A stretch of DNA of 64,000 nt, taken from assembly GCA_049599475.1 (NCBI GenBank), contig JBMYOQ010000009.1, forward strand, positions 1-64,000, written 5' to 3'. Both the position numbers and the translations under genes were made by a program. Positions 22,326-31,666 of the stretch are shown here, piece after piece. The stretch comes from Opitutales bacterium (GTDB taxonomy: Bacteria; Verrucomicrobiota; Verrucomicrobiia; Opitutales; JABSRG01). Within the stretch, counting starts at the first letter, position 1. Every line of letters begins with the position of its first letter. Below the pieces are notes generated by a model, which worked only from the letters and a program-made list of their open reading frames with translations, did not search any database and was not told where the DNA came from.

Positions 22326-24146
22326 GTGGCAAACGAATCCAATCCCAGTCAGCCTTCACAGAGCCAGCAAGCGATGAGTGCGCTGAAGACTGCTCTGGGT
22401 GCCTTGGATCTGTTTCCAATTCGCCATACTCTGAAACGGTATAATCGGGAGAAACTGGCTGGCGATATGCGTGCGGGTATCAATGTCGCGCTGCTCGCAT
22501 TTCCCCAGGGAATGGCCTATGCCTTGATCGCAGGCCTTCCGATCCAATATGGGATTTACGGCTCTGCGATCGCCACCCTGATCGGTTGCCTTTTCGCCCG
22601 CTCGCACTTCATCACCCTAGGGCCGACCAATGCCACATCGGTCCTTTTGTTTCTAGCCTTCGCGGACTTGGGACTCAACGGGGCTGAATCGCTCGTCTAC
22701 CTCCCTATATTGATCGCGATGGTCGGTACAATTCTGGTGATCGGAGCGTTCGCGCGGGTGGCCAGTATGATCCAATTTATATCCCGCTCTGTCGTCACGG
22801 GATACATCACAGCCGCCGCGGCTTACATCATTGGCAATCAGGTTCGGACGGCCCTCGGGTTCACCTTTTCGGAAGATGAGACCCCCGAAGGCTTCTTGGA
22901 TGTAGTCTATTACACAGCCATTCATATTCCCGACACAGATCTCAAGACCCTCGGACTGAGTGCGGCGGCGATTGCCTTATTCTGGGCATTGAAGCGCTAC
23001 TTTAAGGCCCTCCCCGGAGTCGCCATCACGCTCGTGGCCATGTCTATCTTTGCTTGGGCCATCGATGGAGGCGAGCGATCCATGGCCTACCTCACCTCAA
23101 TCAATGCCAGTGAATGGCCAGTGTCTTTTCCGAATTTCGACCTGGGGATCGCCCAGTCACTGTTCGTCCCGGCGCTCACCATTGCCCTACTCGCTCTTCT
23201 GGAAGGCACATCCATCGGCAAAACGCTGGCCGCCAAACACGGTAGCCGCATCGACCCCAACCAGGCGATGTTCTCCACCGGGATGGCGAATATCGGGTGC
23301 TCCATCTTTTCTGGAATGCCTGCAAGCGGATCGCTGACACGCTCTGTTCTCAACGTCGAAAGCGGCGCCAGAACCCAGCTCGGGGCTTTCTACAGTGGAG
23401 CTCTCTGCGCCATCGGAGCCTTTCTTCTTGGAGGATATATTCAATACATTCCGCGAGCAGCCCTGGCGATCGTCGTCGTGTTCATCGGAATCAGCCTGAT
23501 CAATTTCAAGAATATCAAGATGGTGATTCGAGCGCGCAAAGGGGACGCCCTGGTGTTCTTCGTCACCCTGATCACCGGCCTCGTTGTCGCCCTGGATGTG
23601 GCAATTTATCTAGGAACTGCGGTGTCCATCGGGCTTTTCCTTCGCAAGGTTGCACGACCAGAATTCACCGAATATGCCTTCGCAGAAGGTGGCCAACTCA
23701 AGGAACGCGGCGATGCCGATAGGGAATCTCCTGAAATCTCGATTGTGCACGTAGAAGGCGACCTATTTTTCGGAGCAGCCGAACTTTTCCGAGATCAATT
23801 GCGTCGGATTTGCGAGGACCCGAACCTTAAAATTGTCATTCTCAAGACACGCAATGCCCACCATCTTGATGCCTCTGCGATGATGGCCTTGGAGGAACTC
23901 ATCTCCAGCATGAACGCCAAGGGGCGCTATCTCATCGTCTGCGAAGCGAAAAAAGACACGATTGAAATCATTCGAAGATCTGGGGTTGTCGACTTGCTCG
24001 AAGAACGTAATCTCATCCCCGATGATCCCACGAACCCCACTCTCTCCGCAGCCCGCGCCCTCAAGCGCGCCCAGGAACAACTGGGTGAATGGGCGAAAAA
24101 TGCCAAGGTCTCAATCTACGTCGGAGACACCGAGTTCAAGGGTTAA
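22326..24146 (+). CDS. SulP family anion transporter with STAS domain
   Basis: PQGMAYALIAGLP, GPTNA, GSLTRS, GDLFFGAA. Confidence 0.95.
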   Translation: MANESNPSQPSQSQQAMSALKTALGALDLFPIRHTLKRYNREKLAGDMRAGINVALLAFPQGMAYALIAGLPIQYGIYGSAIATLIGCLFARSHFITLGPTNATSVLLFLAFADLGLNGAESLVYLPILIAMVGTILVIGAFARVASMIQFISRSVVTGYITAAAAYIIGNQVRTALGFTFSEDETPEGFLDVVYYTAIHIPDTDLKTLGLSAAAIALFWALKRYFKALPGVAITLVAMSIFAWAIDGGERSMAYLTSINASEWPVSFPNFDLGIAQSLFVPALTIALLALLEGTSIGKTLAAKHGSRIDPNQAMFSTGMANIGCSIFSGMPASGSLTRSVLNVESGARTQLGAFYSGALCAIGAFLLGGYIQYIPRAALAIVVVFIGISLINFKNIKMVIRARKGDALVFFVTLITGLVVALDVAIYLGTAVSIGLFLRKVARPEFTEYAFAEGGQLKERGDADRESPEISIVHVEGDLFFGAAELFRDQLRRICEDPNLKIVILKTRNAHHLDASAMMALEELISSMNAKGRYLIVCEAKKDTIEIIRRSGVVDLLEERNLIPDDPTNPTLSAARALKRAQEQLGEWAKNAKVSIYVGDTEFKG

Positions 24147-24708
24147 CCCACTGTTTGCGGCAGTGCTCATGTACCTGTCTGCCGTGAGCGGGGTCTTCGC
24201 CCAGGACCCGCAAGAGCCATTGGACGCAGCGACCTACGAGCGCGATATGTATGCCCTGCTCGATACCTTCACTGGGGTATGGAAGGGCACGCTCATCATC
24301 AGCACGGGTGAGGGTAAAATTATCCGGCTCATTTCGCTCAACCAAAACTACTGGTGGGAAGATCATGTATTGAAAGGTCTCGCTACCTATGGTGATGAAG
24401 ACCGTTTGGAATACGCCTTCTCCGAAACCAGCATCGAAAATGGAACGATCAACGCTGTCATCCGCGAGGGCAATAAGTCAAAGGCCATGCAGGCAACCAC
24501 CACCGACAAGGGGCTCATATGGATACCCTCGGATCCATCTCGCATCGGAATTGAGCAATCTACGGAGTATATCACACATGAAGACGGCAAGGATGTCTTG
24601 GTGATAGAGGGCTTTGAACGCGTCACCAACCCTCCGCTGGATGAGCGGATTCTCATACGAGCCGAACTCATAAAACAAGACGACGAGTCGCCCAGACCCA
24701 CGCAGTGA
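24100..24708 (+). CDS. Hypothetical secreted protein (start uncertain)
   Basis: Signal-like PLFAAVLMYLSAVSGVFAQ; fills gap between sulP and prmC with GTGA overlap. Confidence 0.6.
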   Translation: MPRSQSTSETPSSRVNPLFAAVLMYLSAVSGVFAQDPQEPLDAATYERDMYALLDTFTGVWKGTLIISTGEGKIIRLISLNQNYWWEDHVLKGLATYGDEDRLEYAFSETSIENGTINAVIREGNKSKAMQATTTDKGLIWIPSDPSRIGIEQSTEYITHEDGKDVLVIEGFERVTNPPLDERILIRAELIKQDDESPRPTQ

Positions 24709-25589
24709 ATAGTATTTTAGACATCTTAAACAAAACGACTGCTTTCTTCGAAGAGCGGAATCTCGATCGAGCACGCCTTCAAGCTGAACATCTGATAGCA
24801 AGCGGTCTGGGCCTCAAGCGCATGGATCTCTATCTCCAGGCGCAGCGCCCTCTGGAGGAATCAGAGCTCGCAGAGATACGTCCGCTTATTCGTCGACGCG
24901 CCAAGCGGGAGCCCCTCCAATACATCGTCGGTGAAACTGATTTTTGGAATAGCACTCTCATCTGCCGCCCAGGAGCTCTCATCCCGCGCCCAGAAACTGA
25001 GGAACTCATCGAGCACACACTTGCTCTGTGGAAAAGCATTTCAAACGAGAGCCCAAAACGTATCGTAGATCTTGGTACAGGCAGTGGAGCTATTGCCATT
25101 GCGCTTGCTATGGAATTCCCTGATGCCGAGGTATTCGCCGTCGACGCCTCCAAAGAAGCCCTTCAACTCGCGGCCGAGAACGCCTCGAAAAACAGTGTAG
25201 ATAGCCGTATCCAATTGGTTGAAAGCGACTGGTTTTCTAAGCTAGACGATACCTTCGATCTCATTGTTTCCAACCCACCCTACTTGACCCAGGGAGAGAC
25301 CGAATTGGCAGAGCCAGAAGTCCGAGAGCATGAGCCCATACAAGCTCTGATTGGACAAGACTCTGACGGTGCCGGAGACCTGCGTTTAATCTTGGGCGAG
25401 GCCCTGCAATTTGTGAATGCAGAACAACCTCACCTGGTCGCTCTCGAGACAGGAATCGCACAACACCAAAACCTGACAGAATTTGCCACGGAAACTGGCT
25501 GGCAGTTCACCCACAGCCAAGAAGATCTCCAGGCTCGACCACGCTTTTTCTTCGCGACACAAACACAAGCCCTGGAGTCTCAAGTTTAA
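24705..25589 (+). CDS. prmC: Release factor glutamine methyltransferase
   Basis: EPLQYIVG, LIPRPETEE, DLGTGSG, NPPY. Confidence 0.96.
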   Translation: MNSILDILNKTTAFFEERNLDRARLQAEHLIASGLGLKRMDLYLQAQRPLEESELAEIRPLIRRRAKREPLQYIVGETDFWNSTLICRPGALIPRPETEELIEHTLALWKSISNESPKRIVDLGTGSGAIAIALAMEFPDAEVFAVDASKEALQLAAENASKNSVDSRIQLVESDWFSKLDDTFDLIVSNPPYLTQGETELAEPEVREHEPIQALIGQDSDGAGDLRLILGEALQFVNAEQPHLVALETGIAQHQNLTEFATETGWQFTHSQEDLQARPRFFFATQTQALESQV

Positions 25590-25718
25590 GATCAAGCGGC
25601 TTGCTAAAATGAGCTTCGGAGCCGAATGAACCTGCAGATTCGGGCACTCTTCATACACGAAGGCCTATAATTACCCTCCCTTGACGGATTCATGAGATCT
25701 CGATAAGCATTCCGGTAT

Positions 25719-25928
25719 ATGGCAAATGAATCCGAACGGTTTAAGGCGGTCATCTTTGATCTAGATGGTCTGCTCATCGATAGTGAGACCATTGCCTTAA
25801 AAGCCTTCGAAAGCGTAGGCATGACTGTAGTTCAAATCCCAGATCTCATTGAGCCAGACGAAGCACTCTTAAAGCTGGGCCACATCGTGCTCCGTTTACT
25901 CACTGAGGTCATAAGCTATAATTTTTGA
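25719..25928 (+). pseudogene. HAD-family phosphatase remnant with in-frame internal deletion
   Basis: Motif I AVIFDLDGLLIDSE joined directly to C-terminal GMTVVQIPDL; only 69 aa. Confidence 0.75.
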
Positions 25929-25933
25929 TTCCT

Positions 25934-26629
25934 ATGAAAACGATTGGCATGCTAGGAGGAATGAGTTGGGAGTCGACGGCTACCTACTATAGAGCCCTAA
26001 ACGAAGGTATTAAACAGGAGCTCGGGGGCCTACACTCTGCAAAAATCTGCATGGTCAGCGTAGACTTCGATGAAATTGAAAAGCTCCAGCATGCCGGAGA
26101 CTGGGACGGTGCCGGTACAGCACTTGCCAACGCCGCTGAGTCCATTCAAGCGGGTGGCGCAGATTTTTTGATTATCTGTACCAATACAATGCATAAGGTC
26201 GCAGATCACATTTCTAATCGTATTCAGATTCCGATTCTACACATTGCCGATGCAACGGCTCATGCTTTGAAAGATAACAATATCTCTCGTGTGGGTTTGT
26301 TGGGTACACGATTCACGATGGAACAAGATTTCTACGTGGGTCGCATCGAAAAGACTCATGGAATCCAAGTGCTGACACCCGAGGCCGATGACCGCGAAAC
26401 GGTCCATAGAGTAATATACGATGAACTTTGCCTAGGAGAGATATTGAGTCCCTCCAAGGCCGCTTTCCTAGGCATCATTACGAAACTAGAGCAGCGAGGT
26501 GCCCAAGCGATCATACTCGGATGCACCGAAATATCCATGCTCGTTCAAAACACAGATACCGCGATCCCCCTCTACGACACCACTGCCATCCACTCTGCCT
26601 CCGCCATAAAAATGGCTCTCTCTGAGTAA
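25934..26629 (+). CDS. Aspartate/glutamate racemase family protein (YgeA/RacX-like)
   Basis: GGMSWEST, CTNTMH, GCTEI catalytic cysteines. Confidence 0.93.
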   Translation: MKTIGMLGGMSWESTATYYRALNEGIKQELGGLHSAKICMVSVDFDEIEKLQHAGDWDGAGTALANAAESIQAGGADFLIICTNTMHKVADHISNRIQIPILHIADATAHALKDNNISRVGLLGTRFTMEQDFYVGRIEKTHGIQVLTPEADDRETVHRVIYDELCLGEILSPSKAAFLGIITKLEQRGAQAIILGCTEISMLVQNTDTAIPLYDTTAIHSASAIKMALSE

Positions 26630-26644
26630 AATACCCCAAAGCCC

Positions 26645-27382
26645 ATGAATTCTATAAAAATCCCTTTGGCCTTCCTTGTTGCACTATTCGTAACAAGTGG
26701 ACCCTTACAATCCATCGAGCCAACAGACATCTACCTGCTCATTGGGCAATCCAATATGGCGGGACGCGCAGAAATCACTAAAGAGCAATCACTGGCAGTG
26801 GAAGGTGTTTATCTCCTGGATAAATCAGACTCGTGGACCCCGGCCCAAAATCCCTTGAATCAATACTCTACGATTCGAAAGAAACTAAAGATGCAAAAAC
26901 TCGGGCCGGGCTACTCCTTCGCCCAAGAGCTACGTAATAAATCTCCCAATACATCTATCGGCCTGGTAGTGAATGCCAAAGGTGGCTCCAACATACGCGA
27001 GTGGGCCCGTGGCACGAAATTTTACAATGAGGCAATCCGACGCGCGAAAGAAGCCAAAAAGTCAGGAACGCTCAGAGGCATTCTTTGGCACCAGGGCGAA
27101 TCCAATGCCAAGGAACCCACCGAATACCTCGAATTACTCAAAGAACTCATTGAAAACCTACGCACAGATTTAGAGCAACCCGCACTTCCCTTTGTAGCCG
27201 GCCAAATTTTTGGCAATAGTCAGATAAATCAAGAGATAGCACGGTTACCCGAAACGGTCGCGAAAACAAGCTATGTAAGCTCTGCTGACCTCACGACTTT
27301 CGATAATGTTCACTTCGACAACTCCAGCCAAATTGAGCTAGGGAAACGCTATGCAATCGAGATGCTGAAGCTACTCGACTAA
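26645..27382 (+). CDS. Secreted SASA-domain carbohydrate acetylesterase (CE6-like)
   Basis: Signal peptide, GQSNM, WHQGESN, DxxH (DNVHF). Confidence 0.88.
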   Translation: MNSIKIPLAFLVALFVTSGPLQSIEPTDIYLLIGQSNMAGRAEITKEQSLAVEGVYLLDKSDSWTPAQNPLNQYSTIRKKLKMQKLGPGYSFAQELRNKSPNTSIGLVVNAKGGSNIREWARGTKFYNEAIRRAKEAKKSGTLRGILWHQGESNAKEPTEYLELLKELIENLRTDLEQPALPFVAGQIFGNSQINQEIARLPETVAKTSYVSSADLTTFDNVHFDNSSQIELGKRYAIEMLKLLD

Positions 27383-27432
27383 AGCATTTTCCAAGCAGGC
27401 AAGCCTATGAGAGCGTATGGCTAAGGTCCACC

Positions 27433-28092
27433 CTAGGGCTTAAACACTACAGGCAAAATCACTTCTGTATCTACTGGGCGGCCATCCAGAATCGGTGGCG
27501 TGAATATAAGACGCTCTAAGGCCGCGTAAGCATCTTTGTGGAAAGCGGTATTCTCTCTTCTTTCTGGGTGCTTAAACGTCACTCGACCCATCTGCGAAAT
27601 TTCAACCGGAATTTTCAATACAATCGGTTTTTGCTCTTCACCCTCTGGAACAGTAAGTTCGAGCTTCACCTGAGGCACGGGCTTTCCGGAGAGCTGGTCA
27701 AACGGAACAGGAAGGGCCAAAACTGCAGCACCCGGATTCATCCATACCTGTAAGCGTTTTGTCATATAGTGATAGCTACAGACAACTTCGAAGGTATAGG
27801 GATACTCCACGTCTTCAGACAGACGCCACTTCTGCCTTTGCAACACCTCTTTGGCATGATCGATCAAACGCGGGTCTGTAGTATCTATTTTTTCGATACT
27901 TGGCTTACTTCCCGGCGTCTCTATCTGTAATCTGAACCGCGCATTACCATCGATCTGCTCACGCACAAAAAGTCGCGGATATCGCAGGGGATGTTCACTC
28001 GAGCGCGTAATTTCGGATACACCCCAGCTACTCGAAACAGAAACTAAGAGGATCAACAATGCTAGCGATGTCTTGAGCACCTTATTCTCCAT
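27433..28092 (-). CDS. Secreted protein with TonB C-terminal-like domain(s)
   Basis: Signal peptide; C-terminal FTPPILDGRPV...LPVVF resembles TonB_C. Confidence 0.55.
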   Translation of the reverse strand: MENKVLKTSLALLILLVSVSSSWGVSEITRSSEHPLRYPRLFVREQIDGNARFRLQIETPGSKPSIEKIDTTDPRLIDHAKEVLQRQKWRLSEDVEYPYTFEVVCSYHYMTKRLQVWMNPGAAVLALPVPFDQLSGKPVPQVKLELTVPEGEEQKPIVLKIPVEISQMGRVTFKHPERRENTAFHKDAYAALERLIFTPPILDGRPVDTEVILPVVFKP

Positions 28093-28129
28093 TTTGAGCT
28101 TTGATGGGGTTTGATTAGATTATTTCAAA

Positions 28130-28200
28130 AGGGCGAACCATCTCGTTGTGCCACCGAGTAAAGGTATCTCCCTCGATAGCACAACGGGACGATTCGCCCT
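28130..28200. repeat. Degenerate family-1 REPIN downstream of pfp
   Basis: AGGGCGAACCATCTCGTTGTGC / GCACAACGGGACGATTCGCCCT are 19/22 complementary and similar to the 241-267 arm. Confidence 0.65.
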
Positions 28201-28225
28201 AAATTGATTAGACTTCGGCAGTGCC

Positions 28226-29452
28226 CTAGTGGCTGGTATCCATGACTGGGCCCTTGGGCTGGCCAATAGATTCCAATAAGTCGGTAAACCAAGGCGTATC
28301 GATGTCGAATGGCTTTCCGCCCTTGATACGCTCGAACTCAATAGCGCGAAGGACGAAATTTTGGTCATCATCGTGCCCGATGACTCCGCCATCGCGCTTG
28401 AATGCGCATTCTACAGCGAGGTCCGTGCAACTCTTGATCAGGCGCAAGTCCTCGGCGTTGGCTGCGGCCGCCCGCGAATAGTAACCACTTTTTTGTACCA
28501 AAACCTTCTCGGCATTGAGCATTTCTGCGAATTGTTTGCCGAACCACTTGCCTGGGTTTACGGCATCGAGTTTCACGTGACCGAATGCATCGCGCGGGAC
28601 CTCTTCTCCCTTCGCTTCCATTTCGGCTACGATAGTCTCCACACCCGCACCTTCACTGATGAAGATGTTCACGTTGTCGACTTCGTCCATCACCGCTTTT
28701 AGGCGGGTCGCCTCGGCTTCGATATCGAAGCCCATTTCTGGAATAAAAATCCCGTGAACATCCAAGCGTTCTGGCGAGAGTCCGATACCTGGAACAAAAT
28801 CCTTAGCCAAGAGCTGCTTGCGATACTCAGCCGCAGTCGCCGCAGTGAGCCAGCCACAGGCGCGCCCCATGACTTCATGGATAATGAGCATGCGTGGATT
28901 CGCATTGTGCTCAGCCACGACATTGCCGAAATAAGTCGCACCGTGTTCCGCAGCAGTCCAAGCACCGAGACTCTGCTTAATGGGGAAGACGTCATTGTCG
29001 ATCGTCTTAGGAAGCCCAATTACAGTGAGGTCGTAATCGTTTTCCTTGAGAAATTTCGCTAAATCGGCCGCCGCGGTATTGGTGTCATCCCCGCCAATGG
29101 TGTGCAGGATATCCACTCCGTCCTTGATGAGCTGGTCGGCCGCGACCTTCTGTGGGTCTTCCCCTTCCTTCACGAGTCCGCGTTTCACACAGTCTTTCAC
29201 ATTGGTAAGTTTTACTCGAGAGTTCCCGATTGGGCTACCGCCAAACTTGTGCAAAATTCCAGCTTTCTCGCGGATCTCCGGAGTCACCACGATAGAGTCT
29301 CCGAGCAAGAGCCCTTTATAACCGCTACGATAGCAAATGATTTCGATGCTCGGATCAATTTCGGTGTAGCGCTCGATGAGACCGCCGACAGCGGAAGAGA
29401 GACAGGGGGCGAGACCGCCCGCAGTGAGAATGGCTACTTTTTTGGGTTTCAT
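28226..29452 (-). CDS. pfp: Pyrophosphate-dependent phosphofructokinase
   Basis: GGDDT (Asp indicating PPi use), PKTIDND, MGR. Confidence 0.95.
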   Translation of the reverse strand: MKPKKVAILTAGGLAPCLSSAVGGLIERYTEIDPSIEIICYRSGYKGLLLGDSIVVTPEIREKAGILHKFGGSPIGNSRVKLTNVKDCVKRGLVKEGEDPQKVAADQLIKDGVDILHTIGGDDTNTAAADLAKFLKENDYDLTVIGLPKTIDNDVFPIKQSLGAWTAAEHGATYFGNVVAEHNANPRMLIIHEVMGRACGWLTAATAAEYRKQLLAKDFVPGIGLSPERLDVHGIFIPEMGFDIEAEATRLKAVMDEVDNVNIFISEGAGVETIVAEMEAKGEEVPRDAFGHVKLDAVNPGKWFGKQFAEMLNAEKVLVQKSGYYSRAAAANAEDLRLIKSCTDLAVECAFKRDGGVIGHDDDQNFVLRAIEFERIKGGKPFDIDTPWFTDLLESIGQPKGPVMDTSH

Positions 29453-29577
29453 AATTTCGGTTTATACAGAGATTTCGACTAGATGCTGTGCCGATTGTGA
29501 AAAGAGCGAGAAACATCTTAGAGCTTCCCGCGCGCCTCGCGCTCATTCCTCGAAGGTGACTGCTCAGAAGCAAGCAC

Positions 29578-29616
29578 AAAAAATCCCATCCCCCTGCCCA
29601 GGGATGGGATTTTTTT
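29578..29616 (-). terminator. Rho-independent terminator (bidirectional shape)
   Basis: AAAAAATCCCATCCC-loop-GGGATGGGATTTTTT. Confidence 0.85.
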
Positions 29617-29656
29617 CGCTTACCTGCTTGCCAAAGGCCCCCCTGCCAAGGGACCG

Positions 29657-30151
29657 TTAAATTGCTACGCGGAGGATATCGTTGCCGCTGCGGAAATTGT
29701 TTAGAGAAGTCATCGCGCCCTCGTTCGGGTTGATTACGGACCAGCCTTCATGAGTGCGAATGATGACACGGTGGCGAAGTTCGCGCTCGCCCTTGGCGCG
29801 GGTCATCATGACTCCGACTGGAACATCTCCCTTGCGAGTGCCTCCGCCGCGAATGTTCGCTTGATACATGATCGACTGGAACACCTTGCACAGGCCGTCG
29901 GACATTTTCTCGTCGTTGATCGCTCGGTTGAGGTTCTGCTCAGCGTATGCGACGTAAAAGGGAATCAAACTCTCTTTGAGCCAAGAACTGTCTGGGAGGA
30001 CATACCGATTATCGCGAAGCTCAGGGCGAATTATACTGTAGCTCTGGAGCTCTGCGCGGATGTCGTTGCGTGAAAGAACTGAAGTGCGGGCTTGTAAGGC
30101 GCCCGCTGAAAGGGTGATGGCGAAGGTAAGAAGGATGGCTTTTTTGATCAT
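29657..30151 (-). CDS. Hypothetical secreted protein
   Basis: Signal peptide (ALQA); own terminator. Confidence 0.75.
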   Translation of the reverse strand: MIKKAILLTFAITLSAGALQARTSVLSRNDIRAELQSYSIIRPELRDNRYVLPDSSWLKESLIPFYVAYAEQNLNRAINDEKMSDGLCKVFQSIMYQANIRGGGTRKGDVPVGVMMTRAKGERELRHRVIIRTHEGWSVINPNEGAMTSLNNFRSGNDILRVAI

Positions 30152-30347
30152 TGTTTTGGCAGTTAAGGTTGGCAGATTGGCTGTCTTTCGATGCCATAAA
30201 GATTACCTCAATTGCCGGGATTCCCCCATCCGGTCTGCGCGCCAAAAGAAACGAAAATTTCGCGCAAGATCGTGGAAAAATGGACGGATTCCCCAAAAAA
30301 TTTGAGCGGAGGAAAATGCGCATTCCCCGCAAATTCTCAGAGATAGG

Positions 30348-30447
30348 ATCCCGTAGTTTTTTCCAAAAAATACCTTAGATCCGGGCTATCAGTGGATTCC
30401 TCGACACATAGATCCTTATGGAAAATCCCGTAGTTTTTCCCAAAAAA
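30348..30447. repeat. Direct repeat pair, 23 bp
   Basis: ATCCCGTAGTTTTTTCCAAAAAA (30348-30370) and ATCCCGTAGTTTTTCCCAAAAAA (30425-30447). Confidence 0.8.
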
Positions 30448-30470
30448 GCCGTATTTTATCAAAATTGTGC

Positions 30471-30493
30471 AAACAAATCTGCGCGCTTGCGTC
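30471..30493 (+). promoter_or_regulatory. Putative ECF-type autoregulatory promoter
   Basis: AAAC-N16-GTC about 20 bp upstream of ATG 30513 of the ECF gene. Confidence 0.45.
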
Positions 30494-30512
30494 GCTTCCA
30501 AAGCAAAACAGC

Positions 30513-31079
30513 ATGAATCTAGCAATGGCCATCGACTCCGCGGATACGGACTCCTCTAGCCCCGAGAGCCCAGGGAACACCTGGAAACAAGTTCTCGAGG
30601 AACACGGCTCACGTTTCCAACTTTACGCACGTCAGCAAGCTCGCAACGACGCCGACGCGCAAGACATCCTCCAAGAAGCTCTCGTTAAAGCCTGGCGCGC
30701 ATCGGGTGCCGAAGACCGCCTCGAAGTCGGCTTCGTATATACCTACATTCGCCGCACAGCTATTGACTGGGGCCGGAGCCATGAGCGTCGCCAGAAACGC
30801 GAGCAAAAGTCTCTGCGCGACAGTATTTGGGCTCAACCTACGCCAACGGTATGGTTTGAGCGCACCTTGGAGACCGACGAACGTCACCGCCAAGTCGAAG
30901 AAGCCATTCAACAACTCCCTGAAGAGCAACAGGAAGTCCTCGTACTTAAAATCTGGGCAGATCTTACTTTTGATGCCATTGCGCACACCTTAGAAGCATC
31001 TCCCAACACTGTAGCATCCCGTTATCGTTACGGTTTGCAAAACCTCAAACGCATCCTTTCACCCCAAGAAAAGCGATGA
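30513..31079 (+). CDS. ECF RNA polymerase sigma factor
   Basis: DAQDILQEAL, LPEEQQEVLVLKIW, TVASRYRYGL. Confidence 0.93.
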   Translation: MNLAMAIDSADTDSSSPESPGNTWKQVLEEHGSRFQLYARQQARNDADAQDILQEALVKAWRASGAEDRLEVGFVYTYIRRTAIDWGRSHERRQKREQKSLRDSIWAQPTPTVWFERTLETDERHRQVEEAIQQLPEEQQEVLVLKIWADLTFDAIAHTLEASPNTVASRYRYGLQNLKRILSPQEKR

Positions 31080-31639
31080 GCGAAGAATTCGAACATTCCC
31101 TTCCTGACGACTTGCAGGAGCTCGAGCGTTCTCTGGCCAGTTTCAAGCCAGAAGCGCTCGATTCTGTATCCAAAGGTCGTCTCAGTGCAGCCATCATTCA
31201 CGCTGAAGCCGAGCCTTCAGAACAGCCCGAAGAGGCGCCGACTAAGATCACGGACACACCTTCCATACGCACTCGTGTCGCCTGGGGCGCATGGGGCTCA
31301 CTAGCCGCGGCGATTGCCTTGGCCGTTGGCCTCAACGTTGGTAGCCGCAATCAAGTCACCACACCGGAGACTACGTTTGCTCACAGCCCTGAGCCCACAT
31401 CTACCGAATCGATTAGCCCTGCACGCATTCCTTCAGACGCCACAGCGCTCGCTACGCAGAGCCAGCTCAAGGAAGTCATAGACGATGGTATCATTTTAAC
31501 GGAATCTTCTTCACGAATGCGCCAAGTGAGAACGCTTTATACGGACACTGTTTCGTGGACCGATCCGGATACCGAAGCACGCCTTGAGATGTCTTATCAG
31601 CGCGAGGAGTTGTTTCTTATCCCGATCGATGCGATCTAA
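31076..31639 (+). CDS. Putative anti-sigma factor
   Basis: ATGA-coupled to ECF gene; ELERSLASFKP, single TM (AAAIALAV). Confidence 0.75.
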   Translation: MSEEFEHSLPDDLQELERSLASFKPEALDSVSKGRLSAAIIHAEAEPSEQPEEAPTKITDTPSIRTRVAWGAWGSLAAAIALAVGLNVGSRNQVTTPETTFAHSPEPTSTESISPARIPSDATALATQSQLKEVIDDGIILTESSSRMRQVRTLYTDTVSWTDPDTEARLEMSYQREELFLIPIDAI

Positions 31640-31666
31640 TCCGGAATATCACAACTTTTACTCATT

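Noticed and set aside
23962..24099. Long N-terminus of the 248-aa ORF
   Set aside because: It overlaps sulP in another frame; a later start is more plausible
30348..30447. Possible mini-CRISPR
   Set aside because: Only two low-complexity repeats, a 54-bp spacer and no cas genes
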